64,000 nucleotides of DNA from Monocercomonoides exilis PA203. Lineage: Eukaryota > Protista > Preaxostyla. The notes below the pieces were generated by a model, which did not search any database, was not told the origin of the DNA, and saw only the letters and a program-made list of their open reading frames with translations. The stretch covers positions 1,116,001-1,180,000 of the forward strand of contig LSRY02000009.1 of assembly GCA_001643675.2 (NCBI GenBank). The letters are read 5' to 3'. The first letter of the stretch is position 1, and every line of letters starts with the position of its first letter. Shown piece after piece: positions 38,060 to 53,159 of the stretch. Position numbers and translations under genes: made by a program.

Positions 38060-40900
38060 CTTATTACACAAGCATTTCTTATTTCATTGTTGTCCGCCTG
38101 TCTGGAACATGCGAAATGTTTTTCCGCTCATTCCAAGCCATCAAAGCCGAAAGTTCCATTCTGATTGATTCACAAGGCAGCAGAATTGATTTTACAAATG
38201 TTTCCGTGAGCAACGTGGAACTGAAGTGTAAAAGTATTGTTGCAGTGTTGGCACAGACTGAGTGGAGAATCAAGTTTAAAAAATTGAATGAAAGTGGCAG
38301 CCAAACAAAACAACTCAAATGCTGTTTCCTTCACTCACTCCTCCAAAGTGCTCCTTCTGAGCCCTCCATCATCAGCTGAATCTTCGGCTAGTCTTTTAGC
38401 GCGTCTGTGCAAAACACTTCAATCAAGAATTGTGGAAGCAGCCAGAGCGAAAGTGGAGGAGGAATGATCATGAAATAAAACGAGGGAGGGTTTTTTGAGT
38501 GTCGTTTTTCTTCCGACTTGGGGTGTTTCTGCAAGGAAAGTGGAAGAAGAGGCGCAATATTCCTGGATTGCTCATCGATCGCGAGCGATGGTCCTTTGCC
38601 GTTCCTCTTGGAAAACACCTCGTTCATGAAGAACAAAACATTTGTTGGAAGAGACGTGTATGTGAAATGCGCGAATGAAAAAATCCAAATTGGCACCGAG
38701 CTGTTCGAGATCGATTTCAGAGCACAGTTTGTTCGGGATCTTGCCATGTGGGGATGCACTGCATAAAACAAGGTTGAAGAGCAAGATCTCTTGCTTATCG
38801 TGATTGAATGCCAGAGTGAGACAATATTTGCATCTTCTTCAACTAGCAACGCATCTGACATACGCCAGTGTGGTGCAATGAGCAAACCGTGCATTTCGCT
38901 GAATTCTACGCTGCCTCACATCATTCCTTCTGTTTTCAGCAATTTGCTGATTGACAAAAGCGCTGAGGTGACATGGGAAGCAAGCGCTTGCGATGTCTCG
39001 ATCAAGTCGCTGGATGCGGAAGGCGCCAGAAGGAATGTTGTGCTGAACAGCAGCATCGGAAGCAAGACGAAAAGCCTTTGTTCGTGCTAGTTGCGAGTCA
39101 AAATCGAATTTCTTTCGTTTTTGTTTGGAAGAGTTTTTTCTTCTCTTAACTCCAGCTTATTATCCCTTGCCAATGGCAACTTGTAGATTGCAGACACAAT
39201 ATTTGCTCAAGAAGCTTCTGGTGGAGGTTCTGAAATTTACCTGAATTGCTTAATTGTTGAAATAAGTGGTAGAAGATTGACGATGTCTGACTGAACTTTT
39301 GCCAGCCTCTGTCTCAGTTCTTCGTGCCTGGCAACAAGTCGTGGACAATATTTCTCGTGAACATTTCCGACATGAATTCTGCTGTGTTGTTGGACTTCAG
39401 CAATCTGGTGAACCTCTCCATGCAGCAGGTGCTTATTTCCAGTTGCGCACTTGAGCAATTCGCCTTTCTCATTCACAGCTGCAAAGACTCCCAGCTGCAG
39501 AAGGTTCAAATCAGAAATGCAGAGAGCATAGCAAGCTTGATTGTGTTTTCCTCAGACGGTTCAGAAGGTTATTCAAATATCCAGTGCTATCACTTGGAAT
39601 TCGATGATACACAAGTGTCAAGGGAATCTTTTATTTCTGTCGAATGCCAACAAATAAATGCCGAGATGAATTTCTTGGTCATTTCCAACATGATGCTTGG
39701 AGAAAGACGCTCTGCGAACATAAAGTCAAATACTTCGTTATTCAAACTGAAGCTGTCATCGTTTCAAAACACAACCCGATATTTACTTATCCCGTACTGC
39801 TTTGCGTCTTTATCTTCGTCTTTGTTGCTGGAATTGGAGAACTGCTCGAACAAAAAGTGTGCTTCGCCATCTGAAAAAGGGAGTATTGTAGCGTTGGCAG
39901 ATTTGGCAGATGCTAGCATGTCTTCGTGTGTGTTTGACGGAGCAGCAAGCGCACCAGAGTTGAGAGCAAACGACGAGCGATAAGAAGAGCTGTGCCAGTG
40001 GAGCGGATCGATGGTTGATCTTCAGAATTGCACAGGAAGGATAATAAACACGAGCATTGCCAACTCGTCGAAAAGATGGGTTCCTGTGTTCTGTTGAAGC
40101 ACCTGTGTGCAATTTGCATTATTTGTCAACAACAGCCGAGTGCAGTGGGTTATTCGTACATAAGGAACAATTACGCCTGCTCTGACCATGCGCTTTTGAA
40201 TATTCATAGCCTGAAAATCGGGGATGGCTTTCTTCCGAACATTTCGATGTGGATTTCCACCAGTTTGAGAACATTGGAAAAAATAGCTTCAGAAAGAGCA
40301 TCTCGTTCATCATTCAACAGCTGAATTCATGATATCTTGTTAAGAAGGCAATGCCATATCCCTGGATCTCATTGGCTCTTCGTTCATTCCCTGGCACTAA
40401 CTCCTCCAGAATGATTTTGTCAATTAATCCCTCCACAGACTCAGAAATATCCGCTGTAAGTTGAACTTTTTGAAAATGAAACTTTAATCCGTGCAGTCAT
40501 CCCAGCCTCAATCGCAACTTCGGTGTCTGACAATATTGAAGTGGCTGCAAGACCATGCCAAAGAGCTCAAATACAGTGCATCAACTGCACAATTTCTTTT
40601 GAAGAACAGCAGTGAAGTTTTATTAAAAACGATGAAAGAATTGCTGAAGGAAGAAGAGAAAGAAAACCGTCTCGATCATCGATTGCAATTGTTATCACAT
40701 CGATAATTCTTAAGACGCATTTGATTGGATGTATTATGTTTAATGCTCGTTGGAATAAGGTTTCGAATGAAGCGGAAGATTTGAGACAGATAGTTGATGA
40801 TACAATAAAAAAGGTTCTGAATGCATATGAATGTTGACTATAGAGAAATCGCCAGACCATCAAAGGAGGAAAGCGGAGAAGAATGAAGAAAAGCGGAATA
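38060..40900 (+). pseudogene. Heavily decayed member of a similar surface protein family with a C-terminal TM remnant
   Basis: GRRGAIFLDC, KNKTFVGRDVYVKC, CGAMSKPCISL pieces separated by many stops and frameshifts. Confidence 0.5.
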
Positions 40901-42041
40901 TTGAGAGGCTTCGTGAAAAAAACTGATAAATAAATGTGTAATCTATTCAGTCAACGGAGAAAGTGGTAAAGATGAAAGCCGCATCAATCTGCTGATTCGA
41001 CTGAGTGCTACAGAATTATACGCTTTGTTGGTGTGGATCACTCCACGAACATCAACAGAAACAAATTTTTGTTTTTTTATATTTAATTATACAGATATCA
41101 AATGAAAAACATAAAAGTTGGAATGGAATAAAATAATGATAACAAATTGAAATTTGCATTCATTTCTACCTCTGTTTGTCAAATAAATTTTTCTTTAAAC
41201 ATATATCTGATATTGTTTAAGAATAAAGAAAAATCTCTATTTTTTTATAGTTTTTCAATTTTTTTGTTGATAAAAAAAAAGATAAAATACAAAAATATTA
41301 TCTTTAGTCTTCATAACTTTTTCATAAAATATTTATTTGAGCGTATTGCACTTTATTCAAGTGTCACTCGACCATTTTAAATAACAAGACTTCATTAAAG
41401 AAAAACCCAGTTCATTCAAATGTGTTGTATTTTTTCGAATAAAAAGAATCTGTTAACAATTCATCCATTGAACATTATGGTTAGAGGGGACATATCGACT
41501 GGTTCAAAAATAGTCTTAAAGAAGATATTTTGCTTTTCAAAACTCACTTTTCTGAACGTTAAAATTCTCAAATAGGAGAAACATTCGATAAAAAACTGAA
41601 AATTTTTTATATCTAAAAAGCGATTTTTGTCAAAAATTAATGCTCAAACCCCAAAGATAAATTAGAGAGAATATTTCTTTTAGGTTTTCATTTCGAAAAA
41701 GATGGTTTATCCATTGTCAATGTGTTTATTTGTGTTATATTTGACGAAAACTTTTAATTAGATCAACTGATGAGGGTTGTTTTTTAATTTAAAGTGGTGT
41801 AGTTTTCAAAATAATAATTCCTGTTGGATTCAAAAAATAGGTTTTCTCATCTTTGAATCACTGTAATTCGAAAACCACTTCAGAAAAATCATAATTGCAT
41901 TCATAAGTGATAGTCTAAATATATAAAAACGAACAAATCGAAAAGTTTTTCCGGTCGTTATCTGACCACATACCAATATTACTGTGGGTTTAACCTTTTT
42001 TTTTGCTTTTTAGCTTTTTCAATAATTTTCAGTGATGATAA

Positions 42042-42296
42042 GGGTGATTATTTTTGAAATCATATTATTTCATTCAACAATTTCGGTGCAAAAATATTTC
42101 AAGAATATCAATAAAAAAAAATTGAAAAGTGAAAAGGCTTATTGAATCTATTATAATTTATGATTCGGTAAAACCGTATGTTTTTAAAACAATTATCATG
42201 GTTTTTCTCCTTTGAATCAAAATTTTCTTTCAAAAAAGAACAATCATGGAAAAATCAACACCCCGAAAAAAGATATGATTTCAAAAATAATTACCC
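42042..42296. mobile_element. 255-bp MITE
   Basis: TIRs gggtgattatttttgaaatcatat / atatgatttcaaaaataattaccc. Confidence 0.75.
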
Positions 42297-42422
42297 ATAA
42301 TGAAAAAAGAAATTTCTCAACCATTTGATGTTTTAAAACAAAGATTTAGAAATATTCAAAAACGTAAACATAATGGGAACAAATCACACGAATAAAGAAA
42401 ATGATCGATTGAAACTTTTTTT

Positions 42423-44190
42423 ATGATAAAAAATTCATTGAAAAAAAGAACTTATGAGTCCTCTGATTATTTCTCTTTTGTTCACGACAAAATAATACAG
42501 ATTTTCAGTCCAAACACAGCCAATATAGTTTTCAACGACATATCTAATGCATCACCTTCTGATAACTTTGAATTAGTGAAATCTTTGCATTCATCAATTT
42601 CAATTCATTCTCCAGCAAAAGATTCGTGTCGCACAATCGCGTTTATCACTCCTTTTGGAAAAACAAGAGTTGATTCAATATTGGATACTCCTCTTGAACA
42701 GAAAACAAAGCAAAAAGGCAAACCTTTATCGATTGATGCCAAAGAAGAAGAAAAGCTAGTCAAACCATGCATTCAAAAAATATGATGAAGGAGATCTATT
42801 TCCACAAAGGACATTTCTCGATAATGTGAATCAAACTTTTGAAAAAAACTTAACATACAACTACAGTCGCTATTTCCTGAAAAGGTGTCAGTCTAATCTT
42901 TATGAGCAAATTGCAACTCCATTTGAAAGCAAACGGTATGTTGTAACATAAGACAGTGGATTAGAATACAAAAATAAATTGACACAAAAACTTGAAGGAA
43001 TTAGAGCAGAGCTAATAATCTGTATGGACGAGACAGGCGTCCAAGAGAATGTTGATTCAAAAAAAAGGAGAGTGATTTGCCCAAAAGAAACAGGCAAAGG
43101 AAGTGCAATATTCAAGGTTCTTCGAGACAACAGATTAGTATCTGTTATTGGTTGTATCCCATAAATTGGATTTTCCGTTAAACCGATGCTGCTGATCAAA
43201 AGGCAAACAATTGAAGAAGATACGAACTCAAAACTTATTTTAGGAATTGATTTCGAAATTTGATGGGGCATAGTGTTTCACTTCATGCATTTTTATTGAA
43301 AAATAATTTTCCTTTGATGAACTTTTTTAAATCAAAAAACACAAAAAGAATAGGTCCATTTTTTAACATTCGTGAAATGTTTAAAAACTTTGTGTTTCGA
43401 TTTCAACGATGCCTGTTTACGGATATGAAAATCTAATATGTTTTTAAATCTGAGAAAGTGAAATTAAGTCAGGAGTTAAACAATTTTTTGAACTTTGAGC
43501 AAAAAAAGCTTGAAAGTCCGTATTTTCCACCAGATCATTTTCCAAAGGCTGCAGTTCATCTATTGCGTTTGCTTATTGGATCAACGATTGCTTTTTACCT
43601 CACATAAATAAAATAAAAACAAATGTTAACGAAAAAACTCTATTTCTGGATGATGGACATTCTTCTCATTCTTCTCAAAAAGCAATTAACTTATTATTAA
43701 ATAATAATGTTGATTTGTTTTTTATTTTAACTCATTCTTCACATTTATTATAACCCTTTGATCTTGCCACTTTTTCCATTTTTAAAACAGAAATTCGAAG
43801 TCTATCAACAATCGTGCCATCAATAACTCAAGCAAAGCTAGTTGATAACATAGTGCGAAGCTATCAAATGGCTACATATCCATATTTTTTTCGAGCAGGA
43901 TTTCTTTGAGCAGGAATATCTATTAAATGGGTTAATTCCACTTTTACTGGTGAATAAAACAAAGAACATATCGATAAGCATATTAATCAAATGAATTCAG
44001 AAGACAGATCGCAAGAAATTGCAACTGAAAAGCTTACAATAATGAACACGAAAAATTGGATTCATGGATTTCTGAAAACTCAGACATGCTTTCCAAAGCA
44101 TGAAAGAAAAAAAGAATCAAAATTGGATCTGATAAATATTCGTTATTCACGAGAAAAAGAGAAGATCAATCAAATTCAAAGCGTGTTTTA
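42423..44190 (+). pseudogene. Decayed pogo/Fot1-like DDE_1 transposase
   Basis: GKPLSI..EEEKLV, ICMDETG, FLDDGHSSHSS, THSSHLL*PFDLATF; many stops; interrupted by the MITE at 43264-43532. Confidence 0.75.
43264..43532. mobile_element. 269-bp MITE inserted in a transposase pseudogene
   Basis: Same ends, length and 3' motif as 24407-24675. Confidence 0.7.
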
Positions 44191-45611
44191 ATGAAACGAA
44201 AGAACAACAAAAAATTCAAGTCGAAAAAAGATAACACGGAGAGAATGGGAAATAATGAAAGCAACAGAAGAAAAATCAAATTCAATGAGCAAAGAGGTTA
44301 CATTCTCCATTCCGATGACACTGACTGTGATAGAAAAAAAAGAAAGATTTTCGAATACTCAAACGAAAACAGCTGCAAGCATGATAACCAATACCAATTT
44401 CAAACCAGAGACATAACTTTATTATTTACAAACCAAACAGAAACAGAGACAGATGACAACGATTGTGAATATTTCAATGACAACGATATGAACATCAGTT
44501 TGGAATTGATAAGCGATGAAGAAACAGAAAACTGTGAAAGTGATGATGATCTTGATCAGAAGGATAATGAAAAAAGTAATTCTGAGCCCAGTGATGAATG
44601 CAAATGCCCCGTATATCACACAAGAAGCATTCGAATTCAAAAATACTCCAATGTCTATCAAAATGACCTTGAATCATCTGAGGATGACATTTGATAAATG
44701 AAAGTTGAAAGAGAAAACTTTAACGAAAATAAATCATGTTCATTAGATATTTGTGACTGGCAACAAACTGAATAGACAAACATCGAAGCTATGTTCGTGA
44801 ACAGATATCAATATCATTCAGAATTCATAAAACAGTTGTTCAAACAAATAAATGTTAGTGTGTTCTTCACAGTCTTGATTATTTATGATAATAATTTTGC
44901 ACTTTCTTCTTTAAAAGTTTCCTCTCTTTTTTTTTCTTCTTTCCCATATAAATATTCTATTTGCATTTTGACAGATGCTTCAAACAGTTATTATAAGTGA
45001 TGATGGAAGCCCAAAAAACAAGATAACAACGAAAATTGATGAATTCAATTTTAAAACCGATTTGTTAAAGAAACTTCAAGAAAAGTGTTGATCAACACAA
45101 ATTGAGGAAAACAGTTTACAGTGTTGCAAGTTTGAAATGGTTCAAAACAAATAATGTTAATGAAAACGATTTTTTCATTAATTTATTTAGGGTGATTAAT
45201 TAACCCTTTTTTTTTTTTTAAAAACCCGGACTTTTTATTAAAATTCATATATCTCGACAAGTTTCAAAAATTAAAAAATAATAATTCATATATTCATGAA
45301 TCAGAATATAACACATCTAACCATATTGGAATTTTTATTTATTGTGTTGTATTGATGAATAAATAAATAATTTTTATTTTTGAAAATCCGACTTTTGATG
45401 AATTTTTCTATTTTAATGAAACGATTCGATTCATTTTTTATACACGCAACTTAGTTTTTCCATGATGTAAACAATTCTGGTTATTTTTTATTTTCCACAA
45501 TTTGCTCTTTCTAACGGAATGAAAATCTGTCATTTTCAAAAAATCACAGTCAATGGGACAACTTAAAAAAATATTTTTCATTAAATGCAAAAGCATCTAA
45601 CTAAAACTAAC

Positions 45612-45836
45612 ACTTGCAGTTATGAATATAATAATTATATAAAATTACCACAAAGTTTTATTTGAAAATGATTTTGTAGGGATTTTCAAAAGTTATTTGT
45701 TTTTTCTATTGATGGTTTTTTTGTTTATTTTTTTTTGAAATTTGAATAATATTAATTTTTCAAAATCTTCGCTGAATCATTTTCAAATATAACTTTGTGG
45801 CAATTTTATATAATTATTATATTCATAACTGCAAGT
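45612..45836. repeat. MITE-like inverted repeat, ~60-bp arms
   Basis: acttgcagttatgaatat...aaaatgatt (45612-45673) versus its reverse complement at 45775-45836. Confidence 0.7.
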
Positions 45837-48800
45837 TAATTCTATGTGACATGATACGAAAAAAAAGAAAAAACTCAAAAATGACAGACATGATATTTTC
45901 AATTTTTGTATTTTTTTGTCACTTTTATAAAACAAGTGAACGTTTTTAATAACTTAAAGCATTTTTCGTTTTTAAACGTTATGAGTTTATTTATGTTTTT
46001 GCATCATATTTTGCTCAACTTTCCATGAAAATCAAAACACTTTCAAATCATTTTTTTGCAAGTGACAAATTGATCAAATAAATATATTGTGGTTTTGTCA
46101 CTTGTCAGATCTGTCATATTGTCATTTTGTCATTTTTTGAGATGCACATTTTTTTGAGAAAAAACAGAAAAACCAAAACATTTTATTTGTTTGTGAGGAA
46201 AATTCTCATTTGTCACATTTTGATCTGAAAATAAAGAATAAATTTTGTTTGATTATTTTATTGGGTTTTTGTTGTTTTTTAAGTCTTTTATAAAAAGCAT
46301 TATTGCGTACTCTGTTCTTGTTTCAGTTTTCATTTAACAATTTTTGAACTAACAATTGAAAAAATATCCTGTTTTGAGAATTCATCATTAACATCAACAT
46401 TTTTTGTTTGTTATTTGTATGAAAGCATGAAACACTAAATGTTATGCTGAATTACACTTTATCACTTTTGCTTTCATTAAAAATCTTTCCAAACATTGAT
46501 TGTTGTATAACATTTGACAAATTGCTAAGTTTACTAAAATTATAATAAATAAACGTTCAAAGAACAATTCTTCATTTTCAACCTAAAACAAATAAAAAAA
46601 TATTTCTTTTTATTGAGAAATAATTTTTTTTCTATTTTCAAATAATGTCGGAATTTTTTTAAAAAAATTCGTTTATGAAAGAATATATAGGTGATTTTTT
46701 TTTGATATGGCTGATCCTTATTGAAATCAATCTTTCGTTCGAGTTTTGATCAAATATTTTTATATCAATACGGTTTTGAAAAAAAATGAGTTGAAATATG
46801 AAACACTTAATGTTTGAGATATTGATATTGCAAAAACAAATTTTGGCAAAAATCCCATTAAGAAAAAAATTTTGATCAAAACTCGAACGAAAGTGTGATT
46901 TCAAAAAGGATCAACCATATCATAAAAAATTTCGACGTTTGATCACAAACTAATTTAATAAAGGGTTGGATTTATTAGAAAAACGAAAGTGATGATCATT
47001 CTAATATATTGATTTATAAATAATTATTATTAATTGCTTATTAATGTTTATTTGAAATATATAGTTTTTATTTCATATTTTGAGAAATTGATAAAATTTC
47101 TTCAAATTTTTTCGATGATTTGATAAACAAAACAAAACTGAAGCTTTCTGAATAAATAAACATGATAACAATAACTGAGATAACGATTTAAAGCAATATC
47201 TTAAGTAAAAAACAGTTAAATAACATTATTGAAAAAGAATAGAATGAGATAAGTCGAAATCGATAAATATTAAATGAAAACATTCAATTTTCAGCGTTTC
47301 ATCATCTGAATAGCTAACATTCATTTTCAATAGTCTTTTCTCCTTCAAATGCGTCAATTTCTTGCACTTCTGAAAATTTTGAGATTTGTGTTTCCTCTTT
47401 TATTCCTTTTTTTTAATTTTATTGAAGCGTCCTGTTTTTCGTCTGAAAATGTCATCTCCAATTCCCTTCCCAATCCTTTCATCCTGGGCACTTTCCATAT
47501 GAATTCGCTCTCACAACTCGATGGTCAGCCTGCACAACTAGATATCCCACTTTCGTTCATTTTGATTCTTTTCCACTTCCTGCCCTGAAAACAACACAAA
47601 AACATTCAACAGATAAATATTCATATATAGAAAAATAAATAAAGAACAAACTACCCTTCGATTGTGTTTTGCCAAACAGTATCATTTCCACAGCCATCAT
47701 CATTCAAAAATTCAATCTCTTCATTTCAGTCTCAGAATGGTTGAATACAGCATTGCATCTTCTTCACAAAATACATTGTTTATCTCACTGGAGAGTCTTC
47801 TCTGCCCGTACACATTGTGGTGGATGTCCAAGGGGGTATTTTCTGTTTTTGGCATGATCATCTCCTTTAATAATATTCTCAACCATCCAAAGCAATGTTT
47901 AATGTTAATCTCATCAACACCAGGCACAGGAGGGATATGGGGCAGAGAAGAGATGGAAGAGGATTATTTGTTGCAGGGAGTGGTTGTTGAGTGTTTTCGA
48001 GAATGTTTATAATACGAGAGGGGTTTTTTGTTGAACCAAATTTGGAGAAAAGGTGGCGGGGAAGGATCAGGTAGAAATATAGAGAATAATATGAATAAAC
48101 ACAGAGAGAAGTGACTGAGGATGATGAATGAGGGTTTATTGTTGATTGGAGAAATGAATTTTGAAAAGAAAGAAAACAGGGCAAAAGCGGGAAAGAAGAA
48201 GAATATTCTGAAGTGTTCAAATGGAAGAGGGGTATTTTTTATGAGAGGAGAAGAATGTTATTTGGAAGAGAATGTGAATTCTGAAGAAAAGGAGGGGTTT
48301 GATATTTTCTGAGAAGTTTGTGAGCTGAATGGAAGAGGAAAAATAGAAAAGAAAAGAAATTGAGAAAAATCTTCATTTTTGTTTCTAAATGGCTAAATTT
48401 TTTTGAAAAGTGATACCAGATCAAAAATCTGACCCATGGAAGGAAATTTTAAATCATTCCGTTTCCATAATTCTAATTAAAAAAACTAACTTTCACAACA
48501 ATGTTTGTTGGCTTACTGCAAACTTCTAAATGAGAAAAAAATATTTTGAATCAAAAAATTATATATTCTGTTTTGTGATCAAAATTCAAATAGCTAATAA
48601 ACAATGAATATGTTTTATCTTTTATAAGTTCATGTTGGAATCACTGAGTTCAAAAATGTTCAAGGTTTTCATGAAACAGTTTTTATTGAAAACTTATTTT
48701 TCAGTTGATAATTCTTATTTATAATTGAACTGAAATTTGCAACGCACAGAATAAAAAATTTTTTTTATTCTCCAATTAGAGTTTCCACATGTACAAGTGA

Positions 48801-49812
48801 GCAATGAAACAGGAGCTTTCAAGCAAATAAGCGATTTTTGTTGCAGCAGACGTGGTGCAATTTCTGGTAATTACTGCGCATCTGATTGAGAAGGAGCTGA
48901 TTGGCGGCCAAACGAAGAAGCTGAAGAGATCAATGGCTGAAAGACAGATGAACAAAACGAATGTCAACGAAAAGAAAATAGAAGACGAAGACAACGCTTT
49001 CAGTGCATCAATGAAAAAGGTAAAGAAAAGCAAAAAGATAAAAGACGAACAAAATGCAGCAGCAGAAGAAGAAGAAAAAGAAACAGAGGATGATCAGCTA
49101 TATGTGCCACTCAAGTCACTTTCAATACTAACTGTGCTGCGTTTGCAGAGGGAGTCCCGGATACATTCGGAAGATGCTTCGTCTTTAGGGGAAGAAAAAG
49201 GAATGCAAAATGACTCAAATGGAAATAACGAAGCTATTCTACCTGCAAGTTCTAATGGAATGGCTGCCTTCATCACATTAACAGAGGAAATGGAACAAGA
49301 TACAGACGAATCCAAGAAAGCCGAAAGTGTGGATGAAGCATCAAAGCGTTTAGCTCATTCCAATGAAATATTCTCAAATCACCAAATTTTTTTGATCTGG
49401 TTATGAATTTGGCACGACAAAATGCGAAAGAGTCGCCTGTTTTCAATCTGCTCTGTTTGATGAGTGAAAGAGTGAGCAGAAATGAAGAAGATGATATATT
49501 CAATGTTGATCAATTTGAACAATCTAATCCATCTGAACAGACATCTTCATCATCTTCATTTTCATCCTCTCCTTCATCAACACAAACTTCTGTTTTTGTG
49601 TTGCGCAAAGCTCCTTCAGATCTCACTCGATTTGTTCCTCCTTCAACCACACTCACACAAGATGCTCCTATTCCTCCCTTCTCTTCTCCTTATTATTTGT
49701 ATCAGCATAATTTTAACTTCAACGAAGAAAATCCAAACACTCATCTCTCTAATCTCTGCATGCAATCTCAGTTAAAGCATGTTTCTCAATGTTTTGAAGC
49801 TCCCCCACAAAC

Positions 49813-50082
49813 ATCTTCTTCTTCTTCTTCTTCTTCTTCTTCTTCTTCTTCTTCTTCTTCACCTTCTTCTTCACCTTAACCTTCACCTTCTTCTTCTTCT
49901 TCTTCTTCTTCTTCTTCTTCTTCTTCTTCTTCTTCTTCACCTTCACCTTCACCTTCACCTTCACCTTCTTCTTCTTCTTCTTCTTCTTCTTCTTCTTCTT
50001 CACCTTCTTCTTCACCTTCTTCTTCTTCTTCTTCTTCTTCTTCTTCTTCATCTTCTTCATCATTATCATTATCATTATCATT

Positions 50083-50115
<33 letters not shown>

Positions 50116-50325
50116 TTCTTCTTCTTCTTCTTCTTCTTCTTCTTCTTCTTCTTCTTCACCTTCTTCTTCACCTTAACCTTCACCTTCTTCTTCACCTTAA
50201 CCTTCACCTTCTTCTTCACCTTCACCTTCACCTTCTTCTTCTTCTTCTTCTTCTTCTTCTTCTTCTTCACCTTCTTCTTCACCTTCACCTTCACCTTCTT
50301 CTTCTTCTTCTTCTTCTTTTTCTTC
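49813..50325. repeat. Compound microsatellite (TTC)n/(TCACCT)n/(TCA)n
   Basis: Directly visible; explains the poly-K and poly-L ORFs. Confidence 0.97.
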
Positions 50326-53159
50326 TGCTTCAAGTCATTCAAAGAATAAACAGTCATCAAAATAAAATTTCCCCGTTCAGGGAAGTTAAGCTTTTTTGGG
50401 AGAAAGTTCTTCAATGCGGTTTGAAAACAGAAATATCAAATGAAAATGAAATGAAACATTTCAAATTGACAGAATAAGAAGCGGAAGCGGAAGTGGAAGC
50501 GAAGAAATCAGATGGAATTACAAACACAAATACAAAAATGAAAAAGAGGATAATGATGACAGCGCAGATGTAAATGTCATCAGGGAAATCCAAGGGTCGA
50601 TTGCATATAATACACACTTTAAGAACAGCAGAGTGTTGTTAATAGCGATCTCTTTCTCACTCGAAACCTTCTCGTGCTATACTGAAAAAGTTTTAGAAGA
50701 AGATAATGATCAAAGGATAACAAGAAATTGGCTCCTTCTCCCTTCCAGTTCAATGTCATTGTGTTCTGAAACAAAACCACTATTTGCCATTCCCACAACA
50801 GCAGCCCAATACTGATCACACATTCCATTTCGTTCTTTCCAGCTGCAGCCCCACCAGCTCCGCAACCTGTCCAATCATCCACAATAGCTTCCGCTGCCCT
50901 TCTTTCTTCCACACAGCCGACTGCTTTAACTCCATCCACCGTTTCTGCCACACCTCCATCCCTGTCACTGCTCCTGTTGATTCCACCGAAATTACCAGCA
51001 CACAGCTTTTCAGAGCCGTCTACAGCAGTGCAAAGTACAGACTCACTGCCTTCTCAACAGTGCTTTTCTCAGAAGGGACAAAGGCTCTCGTCGGAAAGCA
51101 GCATCGCATACATCTGGCTTCCGTTATTACAGCTTGATGAAGTTGCATTCCTCATACACCCACAGCACAGACACTTAATATGGAAGATAGCATCAAAACA
51201 GCCAGCACGCGTCTGAGATGATTCTCAAGGACAGCGCAAATGGAGTCGATGGATAGCGCACGCACAGAAGATACTCAACTTAATCGTTCGCATCGCATCA
51301 AAAAGCCACACCAAATGAAAATGATGTTGCTGAAGACGATGAAATCTGTGAATTGCCACTGCATACAGCATCTGACTGGGTTTTCATCGCCTCTTTCGGC
51401 TTCACTGCTTATTCCTCTGGAGTTCAGTATCAATCCAAGAAACGCAGAAACGTATACCACTCCCATCTTTGACAATATCTTCTCAAACTCCCCAAAAAAC
51501 ATTTTGATCTTCTTCTCCGCTGCACTTTCAAGCACCATGTCGAAGAACAGGAAGAAAGACAGCTCGCTTCCTAAAGACTCCTCCGTCACATTCTTCACAG
51601 TAACCACACCTCTGCAAATTTTTTTCGGAACAATTCCACTACCCAAATCATCGCTAAAAGCACTGCCTCTTTCTTCTATTTCTCCGAGTGTTTCTCCCCC
51701 CAGTCACATATGCACAAAATCCCCATGGGCCTGTCTTGGAAGTACCACACCTTCCCACACAGCGCTGTCATCGATCAAATCTGCCAATATCTTTTCTCTA
51801 AATATTCCTTGGATCGTTGACAGCGTTCACAGCAGTTTCTGTTTCAGTCCTGTATTTAGCTGCTGTTGACTTCGCTGAATCGGTACAGACATCAAATTTA
51901 TGTGCAGCATCCGAAGCGCACACACCTTTTCGTACGTCATTTCCCCCAACGATCCGGAGACCGTTCTCATTGGACTGACATTTCCCATCAATCCCATCGA
52001 TAAAGATAACTCACATAATCATTTTTCCTCTGCCACGCCTTCCCTTCGGATACCCAACCAGCCGCTGCACTGTCTCTTCAAATAACGACGTTATTTTCTT
52101 CTAACCCTGCTTCTTTTATGCGCAAGAATCATTTGCTGTTTATCAATCACCTTCTTGAACAAAGATTTCTTCTAGCTTATCACTGCTCCTTCGCTTAAAA
52201 CAGCACCATAAGTATCTTCGTTTTCTTCTCCATCTTATTCATCTTCTATTACTCTTTTGCACACACTCCACCACCACCACCATTATCCCCAGCATAGTTC
52301 TTCTTCGAACTCTGGCTGAACCCAGATCTCGTCCCCTCTCTTCCACCACCTCCTCCACCACCGTTGTATGTATCTCCCAGAACAATCGCCCCATGTCGCA
52401 CTTTCACAACAACACCTTTCACGCTTGGGTCTGGCCCACACATCACATCGCTGCCATCCTTGATGACCACTGTAAATTTCTTCTAGCACTTTTCAAACAG
52501 ACGCGACTGAAGAATCAACGAAACAGAAAAATGGAACCATCCCAACACACGCAGAAACCAACAAAGAAAGCATGGCAAACGGAACCTCCGAAACCGTAAG
52601 CTGCATCTCGCTGTCCCCACCCACCAACCCACACTGATATTTCTGCTTCTTCTTATCATTCTCCAAACCCACATCAGTCAACTCCACATTCTCCTTCATG
52701 GCAACCAGCTGCTCATGCAGCTCCTTCACTTCCTTCACCTTTGGGTTGTGCTCCTCGCTCAGCTCCAGAATTATCATCAGACTCATCCGGATGATCTTGC
52801 CCTTCTCCTGCAGCTGCTCTGCCAGCCCGCTCGTCCACATCAATATCCGCCCGTTGTCGAATATTTTTGCATCAGCATGAAGATCTCCGAATACTGCTTC
52901 TCCATCTCCTGCTTCGCCTCCTGGTGCTGCTCCTTCAGCTCCAGGATCTGCCACCCCAGCCCCTCCTTCTCCACTGCCATCTCCTCCACATGCCCCACGT
53001 TCTTCTTACCCGTCTTGCTAAGCGTCTGCGCCGCATTCGCCTTCGTCCTCTCCAGATCTTCCTTCTTGTTCTTCAGCTCTTCCCCACTTCACACACTGCA
53101 ACCTCTCACCCTATCACCTCTTCGTTCAGCTTCACCACCACACTCCTCGACTGCATAGA

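Noticed and set aside
49749-50477. Long poly-Lys and poly-Leu ORFs
   Set aside because: Translations of a microsatellite
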